This document shows, piece after piece, positions 31,959-44,015 of a stretch of 64,000 bases of DNA. This DNA comes from a bacterium endosymbiont of Escarpia laminata. GTDB lineage: Bacteria; Pseudomonadota; Gammaproteobacteria; Chromatiales; Chromatiaceae. The stretch lies in contig QGON01000065.1 in assembly GCA_003660235.1 (NCBI GenBank), positions 87,897-151,896 of the forward strand. Reading direction: 5' to 3'. Position numbers and translations under genes: made by a program. Within the stretch, counting starts at the first letter, position 1, and the number at the start of each line of letters is the position of its first letter. Below the pieces are notes generated by a model. It was given only the letters and a program-made list of their open reading frames with translations. It ran no database searches and was not told the DNA's origin.

Positions 31959-34613
31959 TCAAACCGTCATCTGCTCGACCCCGGCAAGCTCATCGAGCAA
32001 TGCGGTACGCACCGCAACAAACTCATCATTGATCTCTTCCATCATCTCTTTTACGGCATCAACATCGCCGTGTTCACCCAGCACTTCCATCTCTCTGCAC
32101 TTTTTGGAGAGTTGCAGTGCTCCTACATTGGCGCTACTGGACTTGATACTGTGGGCTGCCTCACGGACGCCTTCTCCATCATTGGAAATAATTGCCTGAT
32201 GCAATTTCCTTATCAAGCTGGGGGTGACATCAAGAAAGAGATTGACCACTCTGCTGATTATGTCTGACCTCCCCGGCTGTTGTAAGGCTCTGATCTTATC
32301 CAGCACAAGAACATCGATGACCGCTTCGTCATCCACTGAAGAGGGATCTGCTGTTCCCGCTGATTTTTCCAACTGTAACCAGTGGGACATTACAGTCCAT
32401 AACTCATCCGTGGAGAAAGGCTTGCCAAGCAGGTCATCCATACCCGCCCGGAGACACTGCTGACGGATACCCTTCTGCAGATCGGCGGTCAATGCAATGA
32501 TGGGAACCCGCCTTCCCTCGCCCTGTTGTGATTCATACAGACGAATCCCCTCGGTTGCTCTGAAACCATCCATCTCTGGCATATGGCAATCCATCAGCAC
32601 CAGATCAAAGACATCCAATTTCATCGCATCCAGCGCCTCCAGTCCATTCTCCGCGACCACAATATGGCACTTCTGCAATTCAAGCATACCCAGCGCCACT
32701 TCCTGGTTGACCGGGTTATCCTCCACCAGCAGGATTTTTACACCGATCCATCTGTCCTCTCGTACCTGTTGGGGAAAGAGTTCTGTCTCTCTTCTTACAG
32801 ACACGGGTTCTCTATCAAAGACGACATTCAAACAACGCAATAGTTGATCCAAGCGCACCGGCTTGGTCAGCTGAAAATGCACAAGTCCATTCGGCACCTC
32901 GGACAGTTGCTGATTCAGTGGACTCAAAATCACGATTCGGGTAGCCGCCAGCGCTGGTTTCTCTTTAATCATCCGGGCCAGCACCGCGCCACTGGCTCCA
33001 GTCATCTGCCGGTCGAGCATAGCAATATCGTATGGATTTCCCATGTCGGCAGCGGTATTCAGCATGGACAAGGCCTGGCTCCCATTATTCGCGATATCAA
33101 CCGACAGACCCAATGCGCTGATCTGATTCAGCAAATAAGCACACACCGTCGCATTGTCATCAACAATCAGAAGGCGCCTATGCAGTAGATCTTCATCCAA
33201 TGCAGGTTCCGGAGAAAACGCTCCTCTCTCTATGTTCAGCCGGAGATCGAAGTGAAAGCAGCTTCCCCGTCCTAATTCACTCTCAACCTTCAGTTTCCCA
33301 CCCATTAGTCCAAGAAGCTGATTGGAGATATTCAGTCCAAGACCAGTACCGCCATATTCACGTGTAATTGAACCATCTGACTGCGTAAAGGCCTTGAAGA
33401 TGCGCTGTTGGTTACCGGCATCGATACCAATGCCTGTGTCTTTTACCTTGAATGAGAGACGAGCTTCGTCGTCAGACAGTTGCATCACCACCAACTCCAA
33501 TACCACTTCACCCACCTGGGTAAACTTGATGGCATTTCCCAACAGATTGACCAGTACCTGCTCCAGGCGTACAGGATCACAGCTGAAATAATCGGGCATG
33601 TTGGGCGGTAACACTGCAGTCAACTCAAGGCCTTTTCTATAGGCCCGATCGGCCAGCAGTTCTACTGCGTCCTCAATGAGGTGCCGCAGATTGACTCTTT
33701 GCAGCTCCAACTCCAGCCTGCCGGCTTCAATTTTGGAAAAATCCAGCACATCATCGATCAGTTGAATCAAGCGGCCGCCTGAACGCTTGATGGTTTGGGC
33801 AAAGTGGCGCTGACGTTCATTGAGACTGCTCTCCATCAGCAGCTCCGCCATGCCCAACACACCATTCATTGGCGTACGGATCTCATGACTCATTTTAGCA
33901 AGAAAGGAGGACTTGGCGGCATTGGCCGATTCAGCCGTACTTTTAGCCTGCAGGAGACTCTTGATCAGTGCCTCTTTCTCATATTGCAACAGGAAATTGG
34001 CACGCAAGGTCCTGTTCTGCTTACTCACGACGATGATCATAAACAGACTGTAAGCCAGCACCATGTAAACGATATGCAACAACCCATCCGGACTGCTGGA
34101 ATAGAATTGCAGAGCGATGAGTATTGGAGCCGGCAAAATGTAAAAGATCGCCGCCACTGAACTGATTGCCAGGACATGAACCCCCGCCGATATCATGCCT
34201 GCGACAACAAGCACAACCATCATCACACCAGCAGAATTGCCCTGAAGCATCGACAAAAGCACCCAGGCAACCAGACCCCAGCTCAGCCCCACCAACGCAG
34301 TCAGAAAGACGTAGATCCTCACCCAGAAATCTGTCGTCCCAAATTTCGTCCGGTAGTTCCCATAGGCCCATACTGCCAGCAGGCGCGCCAGCACCAACAG
34401 ATTCATTGGGACAAGCCAGACCAGGATCGACTCCATGGGCAAAAGCGGGGCAAAATATAAAGCCAGCAAAACACTAACAAACGCAACGATCAGATTAGGC
34501 AGCAATGCACTGCTGTACAGCACCCGAGCCTGCTCCAATCTAAATAAAGCACCCAGTTCCACACTATCCTGCGGCTGAGATGATCCCGGTTTCTTCTCTC
34601 CGTCCATCCTCAA
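31959..34613 (-). CDS. Membrane hybrid sensor histidine kinase (TMs-HisKA-HATPase-REC-REC-Hpt)
   Basis: [19 protein letters not shown], two receiver domains and Hpt [12 protein letters not shown]; BarA/GacS-like architecture. Confidence 0.92.
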   Translation of the reverse strand: MRMDGEKKPGSSQPQDSVELGALFRLEQARVLYSSALLPNLIVAFVSVLLALYFAPLLPMESILVWLVPMNLLVLARLLAVWAYGNYRTKFGTTDFWVRIYVFLTALVGLSWGLVAWVLLSMLQGNSAGVMMVVLVVAGMISAGVHVLAISSVAAIFYILPAPILIALQFYSSSPDGLLHIVYMVLAYSLFMIIVVSKQNRTLRANFLLQYEKEALIKSLLQAKSTAESANAAKSSFLAKMSHEIRTPMNGVLGMAELLMESSLNERQRHFAQTIKRSGGRLIQLIDDVLDFSKIEAGRLELELQRVNLRHLIEDAVELLADRAYRKGLELTAVLPPNMPDYFSCDPVRLEQVLVNLLGNAIKFTQVGEVVLELVVMQLSDDEARLSFKVKDTGIGIDAGNQQRIFKAFTQSDGSITREYGGTGLGLNISNQLLGLMGGKLKVESELGRGSCFHFDLRLNIERGAFSPEPALDEDLLHRRLLIVDDNATVCAYLLNQISALGLSVDIANNGSQALSMLNTAADMGNPYDIAMLDRQMTGASGAVLARMIKEKPALAATRIVILSPLNQQLSEVPNGLVHFQLTKPVRLDQLLRCLNVVFDREPVSVRRETELFPQQVREDRWIGVKILLVEDNPVNQEVALGMLELQKCHIVVAENGLEALDAMKLDVFDLVLMDCHMPEMDGFRATEGIRLYESQQGEGRRVPIIALTADLQKGIRQQCLRAGMDDLLGKPFSTDELWTVMSHWLQLEKSAGTADPSSVDDEAVIDVLVLDKIRALQQPGRSDIISRVVNLFLDVTPSLIRKLHQAIISNDGEGVREAAHSIKSSSANVGALQLSKKCREMEVLGEHGDVDAVKEMMEEINDEFVAVRTALLDELAGVEQMTV

Positions 34614-34676
34614 CTGTCACCCGTGCAGGAAGAAAGAGCACTCACTAAAAGTTGCCTGTAGAATCAACACAGACAG

Positions 34677-36713
34677 TCACCCGCTCGCCACACAATTTCG
34701 CCCTCTATCCTTGGCGGAATACAACGCTTTGTCAGCAGCCTTCAACAATTGTTCATAACTCTCATCTTCGCTACTGACGGCAGTAACACCGAGACTCACA
34801 GTCACCTGTTCATTGAAATTTCTAGCCCCGAAAGAGTGATCGGCCACGGCGCGGCGCAGTCGTTCAGCCATCTGATTGGCCGCGTCGATATCCAACCCGA
34901 TACTGAACATCAAAAACTCTTCTCCGCCGATGCGGCCAATGACATCATATGTCCGGGCGGTCATACGCAGTACCCCGGCCAATTCACGTAAGACAATGTC
35001 TCCCACCAGATGGCCATGGGTATCGTTGATGCGCTTGAAATAGTCGACATCCACCAGAGTGCATGAAAAGGGAAGCTTGTTTCGGCGCGCCTCTGCCAAC
35101 CCCTGCTGCATTCGTTCCAGTGTGTGACGGCGGTTGGGCAACCCCGTCAGTGCATCAGAGATAGCCAGTTCGTTGACCCGTTCGAAAGCTGCGGCAGCCC
35201 GCAGAAGATAACGGATACGCTGCACCAACACCGGCCACACCACCGGCTTTGTAACAAAGTCGGTGGCTTCAACCGCGTAAGCCTTTTCAATCGCAGGCAG
35301 ATCATCATGACCGGTCACCATGATCACCGGCAGATGTTCTCCGCCAGGAAGCAGGCGCAACCTCTCACAGACCTGGAGACCATCAAGTTCAGGCATTTCC
35401 AGATTGAGCAGCATGACCGCAGGTTTGTCTGTGAAGAAGCGATCGAGAGCTATGCGACCGTTCTCGGCAAGCACCACATCGAAGCCTCCCTCCTGCAGCA
35501 GGGATTTCGCCATCTCCCGCTCGGTCGAGTCATCGTCAACCACCATCACTCTTGGCCGCCGCTCCCCATCAACCAGTTCTTGGCCGGCGATGTCCGCGTC
35601 CACCAGATAGGGGCTTGCCAGCTTACTGTCCTGCTCCCGGTCGATCTGCCAGGGCTCATCCTCCGGCAATTCAGTAAGCACCACTTCCAAAGCCTGGTTG
35701 ACACGGGAAAACTCATGCCGAATCGCCCGCAACTGTTTTTCTCCCTCCAGAACCTTGCCGTCACGGGCCTCTTTTTCCAGATTCCTGCAGAGGGCCGAAA
35801 GCCGGAGGGCCGTCAGATTGGCACTTGACGATTTCAGGCTGTGCGCAAGCTGAAACAGCGCTCTCGCATCCCGCCTGTCGAAAGTCTGTTCCATCTTTTC
35901 CAGCAGCGTCTCGGCACTGGAGAGATAGGTATGGATCAGCTGCGTGAGACGGCCTGCCCGCAAACCCTGAAAATTATTCTTCAAAACCAATAATTTTTCC
36001 GCATCGAGCGGTTCTGACACTGTCGTCACCAAGCCAGTGCTGTTTTCGCCAAGAGCGGATACCGCTGATCCCAGCCGGGTTGAAGACACAGAGGGGAGTT
36101 GATGCACCCTCCAGTCGATCAGCCTGATCAAGAGCGCACTGCCGGCTACCGTCAGGCCCGCCGCCATCAGCAAAATCATGGCCAGTGAGAGCGCAGAGTT
36201 ACGTGCCAGTTCCAGCGCAGGCGTCTCACTGAGAATCAGGTCAACATAGCCGAGAGGCATGTTCCCTGCCGTCCACTGTTCCGGCGGGATCGGTGTAAGA
36301 AAACGGATATAGGGTTCACCGGTGATGGGATCAGGAAACCGATCGACCACAACCCTCGCCTCTCCTGGCGTGATACCTGCAGGAGGCGCTGTCAGTGACA
36401 AACGGGTCGCCGTCCAGTGGGAGAGAATAGTCTGGTCGGGACGCAACACGGCCAGATAGAGCGGTTCAGTTTGGTTCGCCAGACCTAAAAAACGCTGTAG
36501 ATCCAGGTCACGGTTTTCGCGCAGGGGGGGTTCAACAAGCTGTGCGACTGCCCGTGAAAACTCCACTCCACGCAGTTGCAGTGCATCCAGGTCTGCCTTT
36601 TTTTGCCAGTCCATCCAAAGCAGCACCACGCTAGAAAGCACTAGCAGCAACACCAAAACCGGCGCACGGCGCTTCAATACCAGCAGAATTTTTTTGTTGT
36701 TATCTGTTTTCAA
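34677..36713 (-). CDS. TM-sensor-Hpt-REC-GGDEF diguanylate cyclase
   Basis: Two TMs, Hpt AHSLKSSSANL, receiver VMVVDDD and RTYDVIGRIGGEEF; no kinase core. Confidence 0.85.
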   Translation of the reverse strand: MKTDNNKKILLVLKRRAPVLVLLLVLSSVVLLWMDWQKKADLDALQLRGVEFSRAVAQLVEPPLRENRDLDLQRFLGLANQTEPLYLAVLRPDQTILSHWTATRLSLTAPPAGITPGEARVVVDRFPDPITGEPYIRFLTPIPPEQWTAGNMPLGYVDLILSETPALELARNSALSLAMILLMAAGLTVAGSALLIRLIDWRVHQLPSVSSTRLGSAVSALGENSTGLVTTVSEPLDAEKLLVLKNNFQGLRAGRLTQLIHTYLSSAETLLEKMEQTFDRRDARALFQLAHSLKSSSANLTALRLSALCRNLEKEARDGKVLEGEKQLRAIRHEFSRVNQALEVVLTELPEDEPWQIDREQDSKLASPYLVDADIAGQELVDGERRPRVMVVDDDSTEREMAKSLLQEGGFDVVLAENGRIALDRFFTDKPAVMLLNLEMPELDGLQVCERLRLLPGGEHLPVIMVTGHDDLPAIEKAYAVEATDFVTKPVVWPVLVQRIRYLLRAAAAFERVNELAISDALTGLPNRRHTLERMQQGLAEARRNKLPFSCTLVDVDYFKRINDTHGHLVGDIVLRELAGVLRMTARTYDVIGRIGGEEFLMFSIGLDIDAANQMAERLRRAVADHSFGARNFNEQVTVSLGVTAVSSEDESYEQLLKAADKALYSAKDRGRNCVASG

Positions 36714-37015
36714 TCTTGTGTCCGTAAAATCAGTTTTTCACGCTACCACTCAGAGAACGATAGAGAGATACACGGGTACCGCTCGCGCAATTTGGCACTG
36801 GACGGAAACCACTCCTGGCATCTGTCCTTCAGCGATTCATCGCGTTCCTGAAAATATTTCGCGTGAGATGGGCTGCAAGGTGGAACCCAGCCCCCCAAAC
36901 CAGTGGGACTATGGCAACAGTCCGATAGGAATATCCCTATAAAGAATAGGGTGCATACTATCAAAATGCGACATGGATCACTCGGAATCTATTTCCTGCC
37001 TTGAGTGTTTGTGAA

Positions 37016-39122
37016 TTAACCGCACTCTGCAGCCAGAACACAGCGCAAAATGCCGTAATCCCAAGCCCCGTCGAGGGCCTCGTAGAGCGGCTTCAAACGC
37101 CCCTCTTCACAGACATCCAGATGCTCCATAAGCCTGACGATCTGGGTATACTCTTCAGCCTCGAGGGGCAACACATCGGTAACATCCAGCAACCCGACCT
37201 CCAGCGCCTCGGCGAAGTGCGAAAATACCGTGGTGAGTTTGAGTTCCCGCTCTTGGGCGATACCTTGTGCATCCTTGCCGCTGTTGAACAGATAGAGGGT
37301 TTCGTTGACAGTGTCGCTGAGATTGTTGCGCAGCAGATCGGGCAGGGGATATTCACGGATATGCAGCAGAAATTGCTGGCCATAGCGGGCCAACTTGCTC
37401 TCGCCCACGCCGCTGATGGCGGCCATTTCATGCAGTGAGGCAGGGCGTCGACGCGCCAGTTCGGTTAGCGTGGCATCGTGAAAAATGACGTAGGGCGGCA
37501 CCCCCTGTGCCTCTGCCAATTCCAGTCTCAGGACTCGCAAGGACTCGAAAAGAGGACGATCAAAGGCCCGCAGTCCTGAGAGTTTGCGCTCCCGCTTCGA
37601 CTTCTCTTTTTCAACCTTGCGCTGACGACGCAGCATCAGCCCCTGCTCACCCCGCAACAGTGGCCGGCTCTTTTCTGTCAGCCGCAGTGAACCGTGACCC
37701 GCCACATCGATACCGAGATACCCTTGGGCAATCAACTGACGGAACAGGGAGCGCCACTCACTGATGGAGAGGTCAGCCCCGATACCGAAGGTACTGAGCC
37801 GGTCGTGGCCAAAACGCCGGATGCGATCATCCTCCTTGCCCCGCAACACATCGACCACATAGTTCACACCGAATCGCTGACCTGTGCGGTAGACACAGGA
37901 GAGCGCCTTGCGGGCCGCTTCCTGGGCGTCCCAGGTCTCCGGCGGCAGCAGACAGTTGTCGCAATTGCCGCAGGGCTCCGGCAAAGTTTCACCTAAGTAG
38001 GCCAGCAGTGCCTGACGACGGCAGCCGGTCAACTCGCAAAGCCCAAGCATCGCCTCCAGTTTGTGGTGAGCGACGCGTTTGAACTGGTCTTCCGAGTCCG
38101 AGGATTGGGTGAACTGGCGCAGGGTGATCACATCCTGCAGTCCGTAAGCCATCCAGGCATTGGCCGGCGCGTCCGGTCTCCTGATAGTAGGCCTCGACAC
38201 TCTTGGGCAGGTTCAGATGGGCGACAAAGCGAACATCCGGCTTGTCGATCCCCATGCCGAAGGCGATGGTGGCAACGATAATGACTCCATCCTCCCGCAG
38301 GAATCGGGACTGGTTGTTGCGCCGCTCGGCATCGGATAGTCCTGCATGATAGGGCAGCGCTTTGCGTCCCTTGGTACTCAACCAGTCGGCGACCTGCTCC
38401 ACCCGCTTGCGGAAGAGACAATAGACGATTCCGGCATCGCTCGGATGTTCACGCAACAGGAACTGCCATAGCGCCTCTTTCGCATTCTGACCCTCTGACA
38501 GTGCATAACGAATGTTGGGCCGGTCAAAACTATTGGTGAAGATCGCTGCACTCTGTAGACCGAGTTGCTCAATGATCTCCAGCCGGGTGCGCTCATCCGC
38601 CGTCGCGGTCAGGGCGATACGGGGCACCCCGGAAAAGCGTTCCTGCAGTATCGACAGCCGTTGATAATCCTTGCGAAAGTCATGACCCCATTGAGAGACG
38701 CAGTGTGCTTCATCAATGGCAAAGAGCGCCAGCGGCACCTGCTCCAGCAGTGAAAGCGTCCGCTCATTGAGCAACCGTTCCGGTGCGATATAGAGCAGAT
38801 CCAGCTCCCCGGCCAGGAGCGCCTGCTCAGTGGCACGGATGGATCCCATATCAAGTGTGGAATTCAGAAATGCAGCGTTCAGGCCAAGTTGGGTCAGGGC
38901 ATCCACCTGATCCTGCATCAGCGCAATCAGAGGGGAGATCACCACACCCACCCCTGACCTTATCAAGGCCGGAATCTGGTAGCAGAGCGACTTGCCGCCG
39001 CCGGTGGGCATCAGGGCCAGGGCATCCTGCCCTCCAAGCAGCGTTTCGATGATGCCAGCCTGATTATGGCGGAAGGATTCGTAGCCGAAAATATTGTTGA
39101 GGATTTTGAGGGCACTTTGCAT
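37016..39122 (-). pseudogene. recQ: DNA helicase RecQ, frameshifted near 38162-38168
   Basis: Upstream frame carries [26 protein letters not shown] and YYQETGRAG. The downstream frame continues PANAWMAYG...CRRQALL..., RQC, HRDC and helix-turn-helix. The RDGL linker is missing. Confidence 0.92.
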
Positions 39123-39207
39123 GGGGTATTGTAACTTTTTTGCCTTGCCCAAGTGGACGAAAAACGACTGAGTGCCCGTCCGGAAACAGGTATAAAGGAC
39201 GCAAAAC

Positions 39208-40548
39208 TTACTTGTTGAAATAATCCCGCGTCAGCCCAAATACCACCGGACTCAACAACAACAACGCCAACAGATTCGGCAACGCCATCAGCGCGTTCAA
39301 AGTATCCGCCACCAGCCAGACGAAATCGAGCTGCTCCTGCGCCATCGCACCCACCGGGATCATGATGATCCAGAGCGCGCGGAAAGGCGTGATCGCCCGC
39401 ACACCAAACAGATACTCCACGCACTTCTCGCCGTAGAAACTCCAGCCCAACAGGGTGGTGAAGGCAAAGATCACCAGTCCAAAGGTCACCACGTACCCCC
39501 CCACACCGGGCAACGCCTGTTCAAAGGCCATGGATGAGAGCGCCGCCCCGGTTTCACCGCTGGTCCAGGCGCCGGTCACCACAATGGCCAGGCCGGTGAT
39601 GGTGCAGACGATCAGGGTATCGATGAAGGTTCCGAGCATGGCGATGGTGCCCTGCCGTACCGGATTGTCGGTAGCCGCCGCCGCATGCGCAATCGGCGCA
39701 CTGCCCAGCCCCGCCTCATTGGAGAAGATGCCGCGGGCCACACCAAAACGTATCGCGGCCCAGATCGCCGCGCCGGCGAACCCCCCTGTGGCCGCCGTCG
39801 GTGTAAAGGCGTGCTCGACGATCATGACGACCGCAGACGGAATCTCGCCAAAATGGGTAAACAGCACCATCAGACCACCCACAACATAGGCAATCGCCAT
39901 AAAGGGCACCAACTTGCCGGCAACGTCCGCAATCCGCCGCACACCACCAATCAGCACCAGTGCGGCAAGTATCGCCATTACACCACCGGTCACCGCAGCA
40001 GGTATCGCCAGATTGGTCTCCAGCACGTCGGCCACCGAGTTGGCCTGCACCGTATTGCCAATACCGAAACCCGCCAGTGCGCCAAATATTGCAAACAGGG
40101 TGCCGAGCCAGGCCCAGCGCCTGCCGAGACCATTTTTGATGTAGTACATGGGACCACCGATGTGATTCCCCGCCTCATCCACTTCGCGGTAGCGCACTGC
40201 CAGTACGGCTTCGGCATATTTGGTAGCCATACCCACCAGCGCGGTACACCACATCCAGAAGAGTGCGCCCGGACCACCCAAGGCGATGGCAGTGGCGACG
40301 CCGGCGATATTGCCGGTGCCGATGGTGGCGGAGAGAGAGGTCATCAGGGCGTTAAAGGGGCTGATCTCACCTTCCCCCTGGTCTCTGCGCCCCTGCCACA
40401 ACATGCGGAAACCGTGGCCCAAACGCGTCAGGGGAATGAGCCTCAGGCCCAGCATGAGAAACATACCGGTACCGAGGATCAGCACCAGCATCACCGGTCC
40501 CCAGACGATGCCATTCAGCCCTTTGACAAGTTCGGTAACACTCTCCAC
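39208..40548 (-). CDS. Alanine/glycine:cation symporter (AgcS/AlsT family)
   Basis: [31 protein letters not shown] and [14 protein letters not shown] motifs. Confidence 0.94.
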   Translation of the reverse strand: MESVTELVKGLNGIVWGPVMLVLILGTGMFLMLGLRLIPLTRLGHGFRMLWQGRRDQGEGEISPFNALMTSLSATIGTGNIAGVATAIALGGPGALFWMWCTALVGMATKYAEAVLAVRYREVDEAGNHIGGPMYYIKNGLGRRWAWLGTLFAIFGALAGFGIGNTVQANSVADVLETNLAIPAAVTGGVMAILAALVLIGGVRRIADVAGKLVPFMAIAYVVGGLMVLFTHFGEIPSAVVMIVEHAFTPTAATGGFAGAAIWAAIRFGVARGIFSNEAGLGSAPIAHAAAATDNPVRQGTIAMLGTFIDTLIVCTITGLAIVVTGAWTSGETGAALSSMAFEQALPGVGGYVVTFGLVIFAFTTLLGWSFYGEKCVEYLFGVRAITPFRALWIIMIPVGAMAQEQLDFVWLVADTLNALMALPNLLALLLLSPVVFGLTRDYFNK

Positions 40549-40744
40549 GCAGATCCTCCTCGATAGTTCTTATTGATTCCCGGCCTGCAGACACTGGGTG
40601 ATCCGCCCACTATACACTCGACGAAGAAGTGGTCACACTGACCGAGTTTTGACTTGACTTTTCACCATATTCGGGTAACCGTAGAGTTTACTGAAATCAC
40701 CACACAGGTTGAGCCGCGTAGAACCTGACTGAGAGGCCACCGCC

Positions 40745-41107
40745 ATGTCTGTCTGTAAAAGCATCAAAGGGTATACCCGTCAGCATGAACGCCTGGCGGA
40801 TTTCTTCTCTCTGATGGCTGTTGCCCTCTTCTTTGCCACCCTGTTTCTCAGCCTCTCCTACCACTCCTTGATTCTCAACTGGATTATGGCCAACGTCGTC
40901 GTTCATGGCTTACTGGTCGTTGCCGGGCTGGTGCTTGATGTGGCTCTGATCTTCGTCTTCCTGAATTTTGGCGCCGCCCGTTTTTCAGAAGAGGAGGAGG
41001 GCTGCTTCCACACCTTCAAAGGTCGGCGCGCAGGCACCGGCTCCCTCGGGCTGATGTTCAACAGCTGGTTGCATCACATGGAACACGTTGGTAAAAAGCA
41101 TCGTTGA
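40745..41107 (+). CDS. Hypothetical membrane protein (2 TMs)
   Basis: RBS GAGAGG before the ATG; two hydrophobic segments. Confidence 0.65.
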   Translation: MSVCKSIKGYTRQHERLADFFSLMAVALFFATLFLSLSYHSLILNWIMANVVVHGLLVVAGLVLDVALIFVFLNFGAARFSEEEEGCFHTFKGRRAGTGSLGLMFNSWLHHMEHVGKKHR

Positions 41108-41163
41108 GGCCGCTTTTATATTTTGAAGCGGTATCCTGAAACGTACTTTTCCAGCGGGTCCAC

Positions 41164-42015
41164 ATGGCCAGACGATTCCCAACTATCAAAACCACCGCGT
41201 TTGGCCTCTTCCTGCTACTGATCTCGGGCTGCACCTCTATGGCGACCAACCGGCTGGCGGGTAACCTCTCCAGTGCGATGCTGAATCAGTCAGACCCGGA
41301 GATCGTCCGCAGCGGCGCACCGGCCTATCTGCTGCTGCTCGACTCCCTGATTGCCGACGATGGTGATGACCCGGCGCTGCTGTTTGCTGGTGCCAGACTG
41401 TATAGCGCCTATGGAGGCGGACTGGTCAGCGACACTGCACGACGGAAAGGTTTGGCGGACAAGGCGCTGGACTATGCAAGCCGGGGACTCTGCCAGTCCC
41501 AGCCGGATATCTGCGCCGCCATGGACAAACCCTTTATCGAGTTCGAGCCGAATGTGCTGAAGGTGGACTCATGGGATATCGAAGGGCTCTACGTTTTCGG
41601 CACCAGTTGGGCAGGCTGGATTCAGGCCAACCTGGATGACTGGAATGCCATCGCTGAACTGCCAAAAATCGAAGCTGTGCTGCAGCGGGTCATCGATCTC
41701 GACCCAGCCTACGAGGCGGGGCGCGCGCACCTCTATCTTGGCGTAATTCGCACCCAACTCCCTCCTGCCCTTGGGGGAAAACCCGAAATCGGGCGCAAAC
41801 ATTTCGAACTTGCCATCCGCTACTCAAAAGGTAAAGATCTCATGGCAAAGGTGGAGTTCGCCCGCCGCTATGCCCGTCTGCTGTTCAACCAGGAGCTGCA
41901 TGATCATCTCCTGCACGAAGTCATCGCAGCAAACCCATCCGTCCCCGGCCTGACCCTCAGCAACGTTATCGCACAGCGCCAGGCCAGGGAGATGCTGAAC
42001 GACGACTATTTCTAA
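41164..42015 (+). CDS. TRAP transporter TatT component (TPR lipoprotein)
   Basis: Lipobox LISGC, helical repeats and LPPALGGKPE motif; directly upstream of dctP. Confidence 0.85.
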   Translation: MARRFPTIKTTAFGLFLLLISGCTSMATNRLAGNLSSAMLNQSDPEIVRSGAPAYLLLLDSLIADDGDDPALLFAGARLYSAYGGGLVSDTARRKGLADKALDYASRGLCQSQPDICAAMDKPFIEFEPNVLKVDSWDIEGLYVFGTSWAGWIQANLDDWNAIAELPKIEAVLQRVIDLDPAYEAGRAHLYLGVIRTQLPPALGGKPEIGRKHFELAIRYSKGKDLMAKVEFARRYARLLFNQELHDHLLHEVIAANPSVPGLTLSNVIAQRQAREMLNDDYF

Positions 42016-42077
42016 TCAGCCCACACCCATCTACAATATCCATTTTTCCAGTTATCGCCTGTAGTAAGGAGTTACCT

Positions 42078-43073
42078 ATGATCCGCGTGATCATAACGCT
42101 GTTATTTTGCCTGAGTCTGACATCCGTCACCCACGCCACCACCCTCAAGATCGCCACCTTGGCACCAGACGGCACCGCCTGGATGAAGATCATGCGGGCA
42201 GCAGCAGGAGAGGTAAAAAAGAAGACCGACGACCGCGTCAAGCTGCGCTTCTATCCCGGCGGCGTGATGGGCAACGACAAAAGCGTACTACGCAAGATCC
42301 GGGTCGGCCAGCTTCATGGCGGCGCCATCACAGGCGGCGGACTGGCGGGGGTCTATCCAGATGCCCAGCTCTACAACCTGCCTTTTCTGTTCCAAAACCT
42401 GGATGAAGTGGACTATGTGCGGGCGCGTATGGATCAGGAGATCATCCACGGGTTAAGCGAGAAGGGGTTTATCAGCTATGGACTTGGCGAAGGTGGCTTC
42501 GCCTACCTGATGTCAAACAGTCCTGTGCGAGAGAGTGCGGATCTGAGAAAACAGAAGATCTGGATACCCGAAGGTGACCGGGTCAATAGTGTCGCCTTTA
42601 AAACCACCGGCGTCTCTCCCATCCCTCTGCCCATTACCGATGTGCTTACCGGCCTGCAGACAGGACTTATCGACACCGTCGCCAGTTCGGCCATCGGCGC
42701 CATCGCCCTGCAGTGGCATACACGAGTGAAGTATCTGACCGATGTCCCTCTGATCTACCTTTATGCCACATTGGTAATCAAGGAGAAGGCACTAAAAAAA
42801 CTCTCCTCAGAAGACCGCAAGATTCTGCATACTGAACTGGCATCAGCATTCCAGGCACTCAACTCCCGTAATCGCGAGGATGAGAAAAAAGCGCTGCTGG
42901 CACTGAAAAAACAGGGCATAGAGTTCATTGAGCCGACCACCCAAGGCAAACAGGAGTGGGCACAAACCGCTGCGGCCACGGTGAAGGCACTGGAGAACGA
43001 CGGACTCTTCTCTCCCGAACTGTTTAGAAAGGTTCAGGGGCTACTCGATGAATATCGTCAATCCAGCCACTGA
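42078..43073 (+). CDS. dctP: TRAP substrate-binding protein DctP (TatP-like)
   Basis: LKIATLAPDGTAW, FYPGGVMG, RKIRVGQLHG and LQTGLID motifs. Confidence 0.92.
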   Translation: MIRVIITLLFCLSLTSVTHATTLKIATLAPDGTAWMKIMRAAAGEVKKKTDDRVKLRFYPGGVMGNDKSVLRKIRVGQLHGGAITGGGLAGVYPDAQLYNLPFLFQNLDEVDYVRARMDQEIIHGLSEKGFISYGLGEGGFAYLMSNSPVRESADLRKQKIWIPEGDRVNSVAFKTTGVSPIPLPITDVLTGLQTGLIDTVASSAIGAIALQWHTRVKYLTDVPLIYLYATLVIKEKALKKLSSEDRKILHTELASAFQALNSRNREDEKKALLALKKQGIEFIEPTTQGKQEWAQTAAATVKALENDGLFSPELFRKVQGLLDEYRQSSH

Positions 43074-43155
43074 CCACATCCACAGGTTAGCGTGGTGCCT
43101 GATCCGCTTCATTTGATCAGACACCTGCAAACCCAGCATATTTTGGTGCTATTTC

Positions 43156-43470
43156 GTGCAAAATCTGTTTAAACCGGAAAAAGCCCCCGCAGAAGAAGAG
43201 TCGTTCGAAACATTGCTGCAGTGTGGCAATGTCTTAATAGAAAAGATTCAGAGTCCCCCATCGACCCGCACCGAAACCTTCGACCAGGCTCAGGATGAGT
43301 GGATCGCCCTGCTCCAGGGTCAGGCCTCTCTGCAGATAGAGGATCGCATTGTCACCCTGCAGAGTGGTGATACCCTGTTTATTCCTGCCCGCACGCCCCA
43401 TCGGGTGCTGGAAACCAGCACCGATCCAACCTGCATCTGGCTGGCGGTACATATTCATGCGTCGTCTTGA
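43156..43470 (+). CDS. Cupin domain protein
   Basis: DQAQDEWIALLQG...GDTLFIPARTPHRV...WLAVH. Confidence 0.85.
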   Translation: MQNLFKPEKAPAEEESFETLLQCGNVLIEKIQSPPSTRTETFDQAQDEWIALLQGQASLQIEDRIVTLQSGDTLFIPARTPHRVLETSTDPTCIWLAVHIHASS

Positions 43471-43526
43471 TGATAAGCCCTAGGAGGCTATAGTTTCTGC
43501 ACAGATACGCCGTATAATGGCCGATC

Positions 43527-44015
43527 ATGGAAGTCAAACTAAAGCGCGTCAGAGCGTTCATACTGCTTGCCGAGGATGGTGTAATGACGCTTCTCCTGAC
43601 GGCCATGATCCTGCTTGCAGTCGCCCAGATCCTGCTGCGCAATTTTTTCGACTCCGGCATTATCTGGGCCGACCCCACCCTGCGCATGCTGGTCCTCTGG
43701 GTCAGCCTGATGGGCGCCATCGCCTCCACTCGGGAGGATCGGCACATCCGTATTGATCTGCTCTCCCGCTATCTATCCGGTACAAGGCGCAGTTTCATCC
43801 AGGCTATCACCGATCTTTTCAGCGCCACTGTATGCGGCCTCATCGCCTGGCACGCTGCGCGCTTCGTCGCCTTTGAGTACGAAGACGGCTCCCTTCTGTT
43901 CGGCAGCTTCCCGGCTTGGGCCGGAGAGATCATCATCCCCATCGGCTTCGGCATCATGACCCTGCGCTTTCTGTTCAATATGCCCCTACGCTTCCAGGCG
44001 GGGGAGAAACAGTAA
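43527..44015 (+). CDS. dctQ: TRAP small permease DctQ
   Basis: Four TMs; RMLVLWVSLMGA..A....RHIRIDLL motif. Confidence 0.9.
   Translation: MEVKLKRVRAFILLAEDGVMTLLLTAMILLAVAQILLRNFFDSGIIWADPTLRMLVLWVSLMGAIASTREDRHIRIDLLSRYLSGTRRSFIQAITDLFSATVCGLIAWHAARFVAFEYEDGSLLFGSFPAWAGEIIIPIGFGIMTLRFLFNMPLRFQAGEKQ

Noticed and set aside
36743-36964. 73-aa ORF upstream of the Hpt-REC-GGDEF gene, possibly a gene remnant
   Set aside because: No recognisable motif in any frame; cannot be told from non-coding sequence without a search.
40549-40744. Glycine riboswitch expected upstream of the Ala/Gly symporter
   Set aside because: No GGAGA...CCGAAG...CTCTCAGG aptamer motifs seen on the minus strand.
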